DNA from: a virus | Taxonomy: Duplodnaviria > Caudoviricetes | IMG/VR virus record: IMGVR_UViG_3300042549_005307 | Coordinates: 1-55,321 of that record | Reading direction: 5' to 3' (one strand) | DNA: 55,321 bases | Part shown: positions 19,824 to 28,971 of the stretch, one piece after another | Numbering within the stretch: the first letter of the stretch is position 1 | Layout of the letters: each line of letters begins with the position of its first letter | Program-made: the position numbers and the translations under genes | The notes under the pieces: model-generated | Told to the model about the DNA's origin: nothing | Seen by the model: the letters and a program-made list of their open reading frames with translations, nothing else | Database searches by the model: none

Positions 19824-21935
19824 ATGGCAAATATATCTTCTTCATTTAAGAAAGCATCCGAGCTATACCAAAGGGCATTGCAACAATACCAAGCGAAAGA
19901 GAAAGAGCAACTAGCTATTATCAATCAATTTAAAGTTGGGGATGTAACTATAAAATCTAAATTAAAACCACAACTAATAGCTATACATAAAGAGATGCAA
20001 CATTACCAAGATTTGGTAGATAGAGCAGAAAACGCCTTTGAAAGAGCATTAGTAAGTGAGCCAATTGATTTGGGTGAAGATACAATAGTAAAGAATAAAA
20101 AGACGGGTAATGTATATTCAGTAAAAAAAGCTAATCCAACAATCCATTCAAAACCATCGGCAAGTGATATAGCACAAGCTAAAGCTGATAATGGTGGAGA
20201 TGTAAAAGCAGAACCCAAAGTAGATGGTATGGCAACCGTAAACGGTATTGCATCCACAACTGGTTTAAGAGCACAAGCAGTAGCAGGTTGGGCAGATGAG
20301 AATGGTGTAAACCTATCAAAAGTAGCAGATGATTTGAAATCCAAAAAGTTAAAACCTATGGATTTTATGACTGCGGTAGTTGGTAATCCTGGTAACAAAT
20401 ATGCAAAGGATATAATCTCAAAGTATTCTCAAAAAGCAGAACCAACCAAAGGACCTGAATTAGATGTAGATAAACAATCACACATCAAAGATATTCCACA
20501 AAAGTTCCGTAGTATGGTATCTATGAAGATAGACCAATTAGCAAAAGCAGCAGATGAAGCTAAAGCAAAAGGTGAGAAAGCACCAAACTTTAATCTATGT
20601 GATATTACTATTCCTGGTACTAACTTATATTGTAAAGGAAACAAAGGTATTCCTCGTGAGGAAATGCCACAATTCAAAGGATACGCAAAGCCAGGTTCAA
20701 TCGCGGATAAATTACCAAAAAATAGTGATGGTGAAGTGGATACGGAAGCACAATTCAAAGTTCTATTAAAGAGAAATGGTGTAGCAGTATCAGAACCACA
20801 AGAAGTACCAGCAGACCAATTGAAAGCAACTCAAACTGAATTGGTTGGAGCAAAGGTAGCAGGTATGACAAAGGCATTAGAAACAGAACCTAATCATCCA
20901 AAGATTACTGCACCAATCTATGTATCCAACGATGGGTATGTATTAGATGGACATCACAGATGGGCAGCAGTTACATCGGCGGCAGTGGCAAGTGGTAAAC
21001 CTGCTATGATGAATGTAAGAGTAATTGATATGCCAATTAAAGATTTGGTTAAAATATCAAATGATTTTGCAGACCAAATTGGTATTCAACAAAAGAAAGC
21101 AGATGCAAATGCAGAAGCACCAAAGAAAGAAGTAACCGAAGTAACTACTAACGATTGGCACTACAAAGCAATCATGTCTCTTTGGGATAAAGGTGGTTCA
21201 TTTACCCGTAAGAAGTTAGGAACTCTTATATGTAAAGACCCAAAAGCAAATAGAAGAGATATTGAGGATGAATTAAGAAATTTTGGATATGATGAAGTAA
21301 CCAATGTTACAGATAGATTGAGAATTGAAGGTGTAATCAAAGAAGAAAAAGTTTATATTGATTACCTAAATAAGCAAAAAGGATTTAAGCAAGATAGGAT
21401 TAAATTCAATTCATACGAGGAAGCCGTAAAATGGGCAAGAAAGAATTTTGAAAAATTTAATTCAGATATGATTAAATATGAATCGGTAAACGAAGCATCA
21501 ACGAACCCGGTTGATATTATAAAGGATTTAGATAAAGTAAGACACGATTTAATTAAAAAGGTAGATGTTCTAATTTCTAAAAAGAAGAAACTTTATTCTA
21601 ATGTAGATATTACAACACCAATGAGTGCAGATGAAAAGCAATTAGATAAGGATATACAAAGTATATTTTCACAGATACAAAGCATAATTCAACAGAAGAG
21701 AAAGATAAAGACTGAAAATGTAGTGGTGGAAGATACAGGAACAGAGGCAGATGAAAGTGGAATGGCTAAAGGTCAAACTAAAACAGCAATAGAAGCAGCA
21801 ACAAGCATACAACAAATATTAGATTCAAAAGGAGACAACTTCGATGTTCCAGCGTGGGTTCAATCATATTTAGCATTAGCTAGTGATTATCTACAATCAA
21901 TAAATGAATATTACAAAGGAAATAACGAAAACTGA
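19824..21935 (+). CDS. Modular protein with a central ParB/Sulfiredoxin-like domain
   Basis: LKATQTEL...PIYVSNDGYVLDGHHRWAA; further modules after EVTE, IKEE, ESVNE, IKTE. Confidence 0.7.
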   Translation: MANISSSFKKASELYQRALQQYQAKEKEQLAIINQFKVGDVTIKSKLKPQLIAIHKEMQHYQDLVDRAENAFERALVSEPIDLGEDTIVKNKKTGNVYSVKKANPTIHSKPSASDIAQAKADNGGDVKAEPKVDGMATVNGIASTTGLRAQAVAGWADENGVNLSKVADDLKSKKLKPMDFMTAVVGNPGNKYAKDIISKYSQKAEPTKGPELDVDKQSHIKDIPQKFRSMVSMKIDQLAKAADEAKAKGEKAPNFNLCDITIPGTNLYCKGNKGIPREEMPQFKGYAKPGSIADKLPKNSDGEVDTEAQFKVLLKRNGVAVSEPQEVPADQLKATQTELVGAKVAGMTKALETEPNHPKITAPIYVSNDGYVLDGHHRWAAVTSAAVASGKPAMMNVRVIDMPIKDLVKISNDFADQIGIQQKKADANAEAPKKEVTEVTTNDWHYKAIMSLWDKGGSFTRKKLGTLICKDPKANRRDIEDELRNFGYDEVTNVTDRLRIEGVIKEEKVYIDYLNKQKGFKQDRIKFNSYEEAVKWARKNFEKFNSDMIKYESVNEASTNPVDIIKDLDKVRHDLIKKVDVLISKKKKLYSNVDITTPMSADEKQLDKDIQSIFSQIQSIIQQKRKIKTENVVVEDTGTEADESGMAKGQTKTAIEAATSIQQILDSKGDNFDVPAWVQSYLALASDYLQSINEYYKGNNEN

Positions 21936-21937
21936 TA

Positions 21938-22567
21938 ATGACTAATTTAGAATTGTTTGCAAGTATTGCTACAGCATTTATAATATCCGCAATAGGTCCT
22001 ACTGTTGTTGAGTGGGCAAAGTTAAAGCTTGCCAAACCCGAAGCAATCAATGACCCCGTAAAAGCAGAGCTTGTAAAGAGTTGTATAATAGATAGGGAAA
22101 TAGAAACAATAATGGATACATTGGGTGCTGATAGGGTTTGGATTTCTCAATTCCACAATGGTGGTAAGTTTTTACATTCCTCTAAATCAATACAAAAGTT
22201 TTCTATATTCCACGAAGTAAATGTAAGTGGGGTATCACCGGTAGCACATACATTTAGAAACATACCTGCTTCGTTATATTCAAGAGCGTTTGATGAATTA
22301 CTAAAAAATGGTAGCATATTTATAGCAGATTTTCAAGATGAAACAATAGCAACATTTGGATTGAAGGGTGGTGCAGAAGCAGTAGGTACGAGAGCATCTT
22401 ATACATTTGCTTTGTTTAATTTAGGAACAAATGAGTTTATGGGAACTTTGGGTGTAGATTGGGTAAAGAAACCAAAACAATTGAAACAAGACCAATTAGC
22501 TTATTTATCAGCAGAAGCAAATAGATTATCAGGATATATTTCTAATTTCCTACAAGATGAAAAGTAA
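21938..22567 (+). CDS. N-terminal TM plus GAF-like domain, T4 holin-like architecture
   Basis: One TM helix; ADRVWISQFHNGG; GTLGVDW. Confidence 0.55.
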   Translation: MTNLELFASIATAFIISAIGPTVVEWAKLKLAKPEAINDPVKAELVKSCIIDREIETIMDTLGADRVWISQFHNGGKFLHSSKSIQKFSIFHEVNVSGVSPVAHTFRNIPASLYSRAFDELLKNGSIFIADFQDETIATFGLKGGAEAVGTRASYTFALFNLGTNEFMGTLGVDWVKKPKQLKQDQLAYLSAEANRLSGYISNFLQDEK

Positions 22568-24005
22568 CGTATCGAATAATATGAAAAAATCATTAAGTAT
22601 AAAACCATTAGTTTCTGAAATTATTATGAAAGAACAAATGAAGAATAAACATATTCCAACGGTATTGGTATTATCATCAATGATTTCCGATTCCAAAGGA
22701 ACAATTGGTAAATTAAAAAAATCTTGTGAAAAGTTTGGATTACCTTTCTATGCAATACGTTCCAAAAATGCATTTATCGCTACAACACAAAATGAAAAAA
22801 ACTCTTTAACAATTGAAAATTATAATGGAAAAGGTGATGTTTTATTTATAAATCCAAGAAATACTATTTGTTTTGTAAGGGGAAGTGCAATTAAAACGGA
22901 AGTGGGTTCTGCACTTATTCGTATAATGGAAAATTATGGTGTATTTGCCGTAAATGATTATAAGTCTATGCAATTTTGCTCAAATAAACTTGCTTCTATG
23001 ATTGAATTGGAACGAAGAAAAATTCCCATTCCAAAAACTGCATATGTTCCATCAACTGGAAATATTGATACTGCTCTAAATAAGATTGGTGGACAGTTTC
23101 CAGTGGTTATAAAAACAATTACAGGTGCTGAAGGGATTGGTGTTTCAATTGTAGATTCATATCAATCTCTAAAATCAGTTTTACAATCTCTTTGGAAATA
23201 CGATGCGGAAGTTATTATTCAAGAATACTTTGAGGTAAAATTTGATGTTCGTACATTAGTTCTTGATGGTAAAATTATAGCTAGTGCAAAAAGAATACGA
23301 GGTTCTTCTGATTTTAGAACAAATCTGGCACTAGGTAATAGTGGAGAACCACATGAACTTACAGATATTGAAAAAGAAATTGTATTGAAAGCCGCAAAAA
23401 CATCAGGTGCTTTTTATGTAGCTGTTGACCACCTTTTAGTTAATGAACAACCATATGTGTTAGAATTAAATGGTTCTCCTGGTTCATCAAATATCTATAC
23501 TAATTATTATAATTCAGCAGGAGATAGTTCAACTGTAAGTGGGCAAGAATTAATTGATAATGTTGTAGAATACATATCAGATAAATCTAATTGGGAAATA
23601 AGTGTAAATGAAGCGGGTGTGGTAGAGAATGTGAAAATTGAAGGAATACCATATATAGCAAAATTAGATACAGGTAATTCAGGACACTCTTCACTTCATG
23701 CAACTGATATTAAAGTAGAAGAAATTGATGGTATCAAAATGGTTAATTTTGTAGATAATTCAGGACAAAAAATAACTAAACCATTAATATCTATTGTTAA
23801 AGTAAGAACTCATTCAATTTATGAAGCAGATTCCAGACCAGTTATTGAAATGGATGTTAGCTTTAGGGGTTTAGATTTTAAGAGAGTTCAATTTAATTTG
23901 GTAGATAGAAGTAAGAGTACATATCCAATTCTTTTAGGTGCAAGATTTCTAAAAAGAGCTAGAGTTTCTGTAAATCCGAATAAAACATTTGTATTACCCA
24001 ATTAG
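22557..24005 (+). CDS. RimK-family ATP-grasp ligase fused to a RimB/retropepsin-like aspartic protease
   Basis: NKL..IPIPKT, FPVVIKT..GIGV, IIQEY, DVR, FRTN, ELNGSPG; C-terminal AKLDTG, RP, DR..YPILLG; start may be 22581. Confidence 0.85.
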   Translation: MKSNVSNNMKKSLSIKPLVSEIIMKEQMKNKHIPTVLVLSSMISDSKGTIGKLKKSCEKFGLPFYAIRSKNAFIATTQNEKNSLTIENYNGKGDVLFINPRNTICFVRGSAIKTEVGSALIRIMENYGVFAVNDYKSMQFCSNKLASMIELERRKIPIPKTAYVPSTGNIDTALNKIGGQFPVVIKTITGAEGIGVSIVDSYQSLKSVLQSLWKYDAEVIIQEYFEVKFDVRTLVLDGKIIASAKRIRGSSDFRTNLALGNSGEPHELTDIEKEIVLKAAKTSGAFYVAVDHLLVNEQPYVLELNGSPGSSNIYTNYYNSAGDSSTVSGQELIDNVVEYISDKSNWEISVNEAGVVENVKIEGIPYIAKLDTGNSGHSSLHATDIKVEEIDGIKMVNFVDNSGQKITKPLISIVKVRTHSIYEADSRPVIEMDVSFRGLDFKRVQFNLVDRSKSTYPILLGARFLKRARVSVNPNKTFVLPN

Positions 24006-24011
24006 ATTTCT

Positions 24012-24782
24012 ATGACAGAGGTAAGAGGATATTTTCACCCATATAAGAGTTTTGCTACCATAGCAGAATGGGAAAGTATTGCCAAAGAATTTTTATCTTT
24101 ACAAAAGCAAGGATTTGACACTAGAGGTGGTATGATTGATAATAGTCCAGAACTAATTGCATTAGTAAACAAATGGTTTGGATTTCAATTATATGTAGAA
24201 ACACAAAGATTTGAGCAACTTACTCAAAAGATGGTTTTAGATTTTATAGAGGATTTTATAAACCATAGAGTGTGGGGTTTAGCTGATGAGTTTGCAGAGT
24301 ATATAGTAGATATTAAAGATGACAAGTTTTCATTCTTTTATAGTAGAGGTGCAATAGAACCATACATCCTTTTAGATAAGAGATTTACAACAGACACTTA
24401 TGGAACTTCAAGTCAAGTGATAGAAACACTTCATTGGACAGATAAGCAAGGATTAAAGAATATCATAGATGGTATTCAAAACAAATCACAATTTTCTATA
24501 TCAACATTCACTACACAGGCTAAATCATTTTTTAGACCCGAAAGTAATATATTGGTAAAGTTAAAGGGTAATTTAGTAGCAGCCTTTAAAAGCGATGTAA
24601 AATCATTGGTTGTAGATAATGGAGATAGAGCAGCAAACTTATTTCGTTTTTCTTATCCAGATAATGAAAACAACTTATGTACTAATTTAGAAGATTGTAC
24701 TGAAAATAAAACAAGTTTGTGGAATGAAATAATAGTTAAACCAATATCAATAATAGATTACAAAATAGTAAATAAATATTAA
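24012..24782 (+). CDS. Hypothetical protein with possible ADP-ribosyltransferase-fold C-domain
   Basis: LHWT..GLKNII, STFT, WNEII pattern. Confidence 0.35.
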   Translation: MTEVRGYFHPYKSFATIAEWESIAKEFLSLQKQGFDTRGGMIDNSPELIALVNKWFGFQLYVETQRFEQLTQKMVLDFIEDFINHRVWGLADEFAEYIVDIKDDKFSFFYSRGAIEPYILLDKRFTTDTYGTSSQVIETLHWTDKQGLKNIIDGIQNKSQFSISTFTTQAKSFFRPESNILVKLKGNLVAAFKSDVKSLVVDNGDRAANLFRFSYPDNENNLCTNLEDCTENKTSLWNEIIVKPISIIDYKIVNKY

Positions 24783-24841
24783 GAAAAGATTAGGAAATAC
24801 GGAATAATATACTTATATTTGTAAGTACTAAAAGATATATT

Positions 24842-25615
24842 ATGATAAAGTTAAAGGATTTATTGAATGAAGGAAAGACTGGAAATGATTTTATTGATTT
24901 CCTACTTCTAAAAATTCAACCTACAATTAACGATATTATAACCCTACGAAAGCAAAAAGCTGAAAAAGAGGGTGAAAGATTTAGTGCTTTTGAAGAACAT
25001 CTTACTGAATTAACTTTAAAGTATGATTTACTAAAAGCATTGGGTATCTACACTAAATCAGGTGATAAAATGATTGATGGTAAAGTATCTAATTCTGGCA
25101 AAGGAGCATTAACAATTCATGCAATAATTGATAGAGATGGAGAAAGATTTCATCTTAACACCGATGTAATTTACGCAGGTGGATATAACATTCAAAAACT
25201 ACACTTCCGTTACCTAACCAAAACCAACTTACCAAGAGCATCTTCTAATCCTGAAGCAGATAAACTTAAAGCGGAATTGACTAAATTATCCAAAGGTGAT
25301 GCATTAAAAAAAGAAATTGAGCAATTTGATGGATGGATAAAAAAGAATACAGAGAAAGCAGAACAGAACTCTAAAGTTAATGATAAAGAAATTCTAAAAG
25401 GTGCTTTAATTTATACTTGGGATGATGTTGTTAAAAATGGGGCTGCTAAAAATTATAATAATTCTAAAGAACAATTTGAAAAAGAAAATAAACAGTATTT
25501 AAATAATTTTATTTCCAATTGGAAAAGCATGAACATAAAATCACCATTGGATTATGCTAAAACTCTCAAAGTAGCAAAAGTAAAATTGGAAAAGAAATTA
25601 GATGCATTAGTATGA
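24842..25615 (+). CDS. Hypothetical protein with MIKLKDLLNE leader
   Basis: Leader plus IYAGGYNIQKLHFRYL motif and a coiled coil. Confidence 0.7.
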   Translation: MIKLKDLLNEGKTGNDFIDFLLLKIQPTINDIITLRKQKAEKEGERFSAFEEHLTELTLKYDLLKALGIYTKSGDKMIDGKVSNSGKGALTIHAIIDRDGERFHLNTDVIYAGGYNIQKLHFRYLTKTNLPRASSNPEADKLKAELTKLSKGDALKKEIEQFDGWIKKNTEKAEQNSKVNDKEILKGALIYTWDDVVKNGAAKNYNNSKEQFEKENKQYLNNFISNWKSMNIKSPLDYAKTLKVAKVKLEKKLDALV

Positions 25616-26142
25616 TAAAATTAAAGGATTTATTGGTAGAAAAGAAACTACGAGTATTAGATTTTGATGATACACTTGTCAAAACCAAATCCTTTATATA
25701 CATTACACATAAAGATGGTTCTAAATCTAAACTAACACCCGGTGAGTACGCAGTATATAACGAAAAGCCAGGTGATGAATTTGATTTTGCTGATTTCCAA
25801 AAGGTAAATAAACCAAAGCAAATCCGTCCATTCACAAAGTATCTTAAAAAGGTAATAAATGATGAAGGTATAGATAGAGTAACTATCCTTACTGCTCGTT
25901 CAGCATACGAACCTGTAAAGAAGTATTTAAAAGATATTGGTATGGGTAATGTATATATTGTAACACTTGCATCTAATGACCCACAAAAGAAAGCAGATTG
26001 GATTGAATCACAAATAGAAAAGGGATACGATGATATATTCTTTTTAGATGATTCTAGAAAGAATGTGGAGGCAGTTAAGAAACTACAAAAAAAGTATCCA
26101 GAAATACGATTGGTAGTACAACAAGCAAAAGAAACATTTTAA
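25612..26142 (+). CDS. HAD-superfamily phosphatase (RNA-repair/PNK-type) with MIKLKDLLVE leader
   Basis: DFDDTL, LTAR, K, FLDD motifs. Confidence 0.8.
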   Translation: MIKLKDLLVEKKLRVLDFDDTLVKTKSFIYITHKDGSKSKLTPGEYAVYNEKPGDEFDFADFQKVNKPKQIRPFTKYLKKVINDEGIDRVTILTARSAYEPVKKYLKDIGMGNVYIVTLASNDPQKKADWIESQIEKGYDDIFFLDDSRKNVEAVKKLQKKYPEIRLVVQQAKETF

Positions 26143-26201
26143 AGGGGGAAGATTTCCCCTTTTTTATTTGGTAAAATCCATAAAAAGTAGTATATTTGTA
26201 A
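26141..26201 (+). repeat. Terminator plus promoter cassette, copy 1
   Basis: GGGGAAGATTTCCCCTTTTT-ATTTGGTAAAATCCA-AAAAGT-GTATATTTGTAA, near-identical to 27878-27937. Confidence 0.9.
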
Positions 26202-26206
26202 TTACT

Positions 26207-27541
26207 ATGATAAAACCATTTTCAATTCTCGATACTCGCACCAAAGAATGGCAAGACCGTAAACGATGGTGGATACAAACCCACAATATAAAATCAGAGT
26301 TAGGAAGGGAAGCTACTCAATCTAAAAGTAAATTTTGGGAAACCAATGAAGTTTCGGTTTCAATATTTGATGCTACTCTATCCGAAAAGATGTATGAGTG
26401 GTTTGTTCCTAAATGTGGTAAAGTATTAGACCCATTTGCAGGTGGAAGTGTTAGGGGAATTGTGGCAACGGAAATGGGATTTGGATACGATGGAATTGAT
26501 ATATCACAAACGCAAATAGAAGAAAATAAAAAACAATCGCATAAACCAAATTGGATTGTTGGTGATAGTGAAATAATGTTAGATTCAATTTATGATGAAA
26601 ATTATGATTTTGTATTTACTTGCCCACCATACTACGATTTGGAGGTTTATACAAATAACCCAAATGATTTATCTAAATTAAGTGATGTTGCATTTGATGA
26701 TAAATACATTTCCATATTAAAAAAAACAACAAAAAAATTAAAGAACAATCGTTTTTTTGCTATTGTAGTATCGGAAGTCAGAGAAGCATCAAAGACAGGG
26801 GATTACAAAATTGGAAAGTATAGAGGATTGGTAAACAAAACAATTTCGGCAATAGAAGAAGCTGGGTTGTATTTTTACAACGATATGGTACTATTCAATT
26901 CACAACATCAGGCTGGAAGAGTTGTAGATACATATTTCAAACGTAATCGTAAGGTAGCATCTGTTCATCAAAACGTATTAGTATTTGTAAAAGGAAATCC
27001 TGATTTGGCAACGGAGGATATTGAGTGGGATGGTACTTACAAATGTGTAGTTAATGGTAAACAATATAAATCATTCAGAGAGGCAGCAATCTCAATCAAT
27101 CCAAATGAATTGGTAGCATCTGAAGTAGAACGAAAATGCCAATCACCAAAAACCAAATACAAAGGGTGGCAGGTAATTGGTGAGGAAACCCATCCTATCT
27201 TAAAATATTGTATAGATGGGTATTACTTTGAATCTCCTGTACAAGCTGCAGAATACATTGAATATAGTGAAACTGAAATCCGTAATCGTATAGAATCAAA
27301 AGCTGAACATTATAGACATTGGATAAAATTGAGTGAACCAATTACAAATATTAACTACGATTTGCATGAAAAGAGTTTAACACACATTCAAATTAGAGAT
27401 AAAATACATACTATAAGTTGTAAAGGAGAATTATTTTACTCACTTAAAGAAGCAGGTGAAAGATTTGGGTTATCGGATGAACGAATTAGACAAAAAATAA
27501 ATTCGGACAAACATACTGACTATTTTTATCTATTTTCATAG
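26207..27541 (+). CDS. Amino (N6A/N4C) DNA methyltransferase with three C-terminal NUMOD1-like repeats
   Basis: VLDPFAGGSVRG, GIDIS, FTCPPY; tail repeats NGKQYKSFREAA, DGYYFESPVQAA, KGELFYSLKEAG; true ATG 26207. Confidence 0.8.
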   Translation: MIKPFSILDTRTKEWQDRKRWWIQTHNIKSELGREATQSKSKFWETNEVSVSIFDATLSEKMYEWFVPKCGKVLDPFAGGSVRGIVATEMGFGYDGIDISQTQIEENKKQSHKPNWIVGDSEIMLDSIYDENYDFVFTCPPYYDLEVYTNNPNDLSKLSDVAFDDKYISILKKTTKKLKNNRFFAIVVSEVREASKTGDYKIGKYRGLVNKTISAIEEAGLYFYNDMVLFNSQHQAGRVVDTYFKRNRKVASVHQNVLVFVKGNPDLATEDIEWDGTYKCVVNGKQYKSFREAAISINPNELVASEVERKCQSPKTKYKGWQVIGEETHPILKYCIDGYYFESPVQAAEYIEYSETEIRNRIESKAEHYRHWIKLSEPITNINYDLHEKSLTHIQIRDKIHTISCKGELFYSLKEAGERFGLSDERIRQKINSDKHTDYFYLFS

Positions 27542-27576
27542 AACTTAATATTTATATTATATAAAATTATAATAAT

Positions 27577-27849
27577 ATGATAAAGTTAAATGATTTAATT
27601 AAAGAAGCTGGTATTCCAAAAATGTATGTTAAGTTTTTGGCAGTTTCTAAAAAAGTTAGAGAATTAGAGGATGCACAAAAGGCGTTATCGCAAAAATACT
27701 TTGCAGAAAAAGATTTGAATAAAAAAGAGGCATTATTAACTCAATTAAAAAAAGGAACTCAAACTTTAAATGGATTTAGAAGAAATTTAGCTGATATTGA
27801 AGAAAAGTATGTGATGGGTTTAGATAGTGATGCCGAATTTAATGGATAA
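27577..27849 (+). CDS. Coiled-coil protein with MIKLNDLIKE leader
   Basis: Leader motif; TATTTAT upstream at 27549. Confidence 0.7.
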   Translation: MIKLNDLIKEAGIPKMYVKFLAVSKKVRELEDAQKALSQKYFAEKDLNKKEALLTQLKKGTQTLNGFRRNLADIEEKYVMGLDSDAEFNG

Positions 27850-27877
27850 CTAAATTACAATATAATAATATTAAATA

Positions 27878-27937
27878 AAAGGGGAAGATTTCCCCTTTTT
27901 TATTTGGTAAAATCCACAAAAAGTGGTATATTTGTAA
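27878..27937 (+). repeat. Terminator plus promoter cassette, copy 2
   Basis: Matches 26141-26201. Confidence 0.9.
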
Positions 27938-27957
27938 AACATTTAAAATCTAAAAAT

Positions 27958-28347
27958 ATGGATACGAATACATCATTAAAAATTACATTGGGTACAATAC
28001 TGATAGTGGGAATTATAGCAGTGTCAATAGTATCAATAGGATTTAGTATGAATAATAAAGATAAACCGATTGTAGAAGAAGTAAATACCAATGAGTTGTT
28101 GGTGGAAAACCAAAAGTTAAAAAGTGAAAATGATTCTTTAATTGCAGAATTACAACAAACCAATCAACTTTTTGATAAGAAAGAAAAGAAATATACCGAA
28201 ATTATAGGTCTATATGAATTTGGTATTGATTGGATTAGATTATATCACAGAAATGCATATGAAGATTTTCATAGATTATTGGCCCAAAAAGAAACTTATA
28301 ATAGAGAAGCCGAAGTTGAGACCAAAAAACAATTAAAAGATTATTAA
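27958..28347 (+). CDS. Membrane-anchored coiled-coil protein
   Basis: N-terminal TM then heptads; true ATG 27958. Confidence 0.65.
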   Translation: MDTNTSLKITLGTILIVGIIAVSIVSIGFSMNNKDKPIVEEVNTNELLVENQKLKSENDSLIAELQQTNQLFDKKEKKYTEIIGLYEFGIDWIRLYHRNAYEDFHRLLAQKETYNREAEVETKKQLKDY

Positions 28348-28357
28348 ATACAACTAT

Positions 28358-28969
28358 ATGCAAATTACTAGTAATTCTAAACAATACCTAATTGTAGATG
28401 ATTTATACAATGAAGTTGAAATGAATAATATATGGAAAGAGTTAGATTTTTTAACTCATGCAAATAAGATGCTCCCACCAGAAAAATCAGGAACTGCAAC
28501 TAGTCTTTCCGGTGAAATTCTAAAAAAAAATTCTGCTATATTCTTGGATGATTTTTACACAAAAAGAGAATATTCAAACATTTTAACATATTATAGAAAA
28601 ATATATAAAGATAATATTTTTGATGAATTTGAAAAAATGAATAGCGATTTTAAATACGCTTCTATAACAAATGCAGATAGAACTTTTTTAAGTTATTATG
28701 AAAATAGTGATTACTATAAACCACACACCGATACTGCTGTTTTAACTTATTTATATTGGTGTCATAAATCACCTAAAGCGTTTGAAGGTGGTAATTTATA
28801 TTTATCGGATGCAAATGTAGAAATTGAATATAAAAATAATAGATTAGTTATATTTCCATCATATTATATGCATAGTGTATCACCAATTAAAATGTTAAAT
28901 GATGATGCATTACCATTTAGTACATTTGGTCGTTATTGTATAACAACATTTACTTATATAGGTATATAA
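28358..28969 (+). CDS. 2OG-Fe(II) oxygenase, prolyl-4-hydroxylase-like
   Basis: YKPHTD, FEGG, FPS..HSV, GR. Confidence 0.9.
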   Translation: MQITSNSKQYLIVDDLYNEVEMNNIWKELDFLTHANKMLPPEKSGTATSLSGEILKKNSAIFLDDFYTKREYSNILTYYRKIYKDNIFDEFEKMNSDFKYASITNADRTFLSYYENSDYYKPHTDTAVLTYLYWCHKSPKAFEGGNLYLSDANVEIEYKNNRLVIFPSYYMHSVSPIKMLNDDALPFSTFGRYCITTFTYIGI

Positions 28970-28971
28970 TT

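Noticed and set aside
26168-27957. Similar N-termini MVKSIKSSIFV and MVKSTKSGIFV suggesting a shared leader peptide
   Set aside because: Translation of the duplicated promoter from TTG; true starts are ATG 26207 and 27958
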